Positions 63,346 to 64,000 of a stretch of 64,000 bases of DNA are shown here, piece by piece (positions within the stretch are counted from its first letter, which is position 1; every line of letters begins with the position of its first letter). The position numbers and the translations under genes were made by a program. A model generated the notes under the pieces. That model made no database searches. It was given only the letters and a program-made list of their open reading frames with translations, and was not told where the DNA came from. This DNA is from Eledone cirrhosa (lineage: Eukaryota): contig OZ024740.1 of the NCBI GenBank assembly GCA_964016885.1, positions 82,770,001 through 82,834,000 on the forward strand, written 5' to 3'.

Positions 63346-63559
63346 TTTGCCCTAACATAGTAAAAGTAAATAGTGAAGATTAGGCCAGTACATACGTATG
63401 CGCCGACGAACATACACATACATATACATAGGCACACACAAATACATACTCATACTCGTACGCGCGCGCGTGTGTGTAAACCTTATGCATTTCTATAGCA
63501 TTTTCACCAAAGTTAAGACATAGGTTACTTAAGTACTCCGGATGATCATGGACACTTTT

Positions 63560-63890
63560 ATTTTTCCAGATATTGATTATAGGGCCTCACGGCAGATAAC
63601 TCCCTTTAACCACTTCCTGGGACTCGACTGAATCACTGCAGTGCAATGCAAAAAAACGTCATAACTTCTAGAGTTCGCAACCGATTTTCACAAAACTTTA
63701 CACATGGGCTACGTTTGGTCTACAGGTGAATGTAAACTCTCAGAATTGGCACATATTGAATAGAGCAGGAACCCCTTTTAGAAAATGCCGATGATTTTGT
63801 AAAAGTTTAGTTTTTGAAGCAGCACTGAAGTATTGACATAAATCGTATACTGCTATTTAATACCTGAGCAACGCCGGGTACCTCTGCTAG
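63560..63890 (+). mobile_element. Helitron 3' portion (start approximate)
   Basis: Ends cctgagcaacgccgggtacctctgCTAG|T. Confidence 0.6.
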
Positions 63891-64000
63891 TATATATATA
63901 AAACTGCGGTTGTCTCTCTGTATGTCTGTCTAATACAAGGGTCAGCAGACATCTCCTCCTGAAGCGTACGTTCAAATTTTGGTGAAATTGCTTCACTTAT
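63891..64000 (+). mobile_element. Probable 5' end of another Helitron-like element, running off the window
   Basis: tatatatataaaactgcggttgtctctctgtatgtctgtc resembles the TATATAAA-type start of the 56326-58174 element. Confidence 0.45.

Overview
AT-rich, microsatellite-dense eukaryotic DNA with no recognisable host gene; the SINE and repeat content suggests a mollusc, probably an octopod (inference). The main structure is a ~25 kb head-to-tail array (10.2-35.0 kb, all on the - strand) of ten insertions from two distinct families of restriction-like-endonuclease (RLE) non-LTR retrotransposons of the R4/Dong type. Each insertion is separated from the next by (TTA)n/(TAA)n, and the copies are near-intact on the left and decayed on the right. 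The array is flanked by Tx1/L1-like LINE relics whose own 3' tails are (TTA)n. One of these relics carries a Buster-type hAT transposon with intact TIRs and an 8-bp TSD. The flanks hold (TA)n-bounded foldback modules, several containing minimal type-I hammerhead ribozymes of the kind associated with Penelope-like elements. These include a 322-bp palindrome with a consensus hammerhead in each polarity and a separate hammerhead with a compensatory U3-A8 core. The window also contains tRNA-derived SINEs, non-autonomous Helitrons and an RTE 3' end. Most short ORFs in the supplied track are antisense shadows or microsatellite read-throughs.
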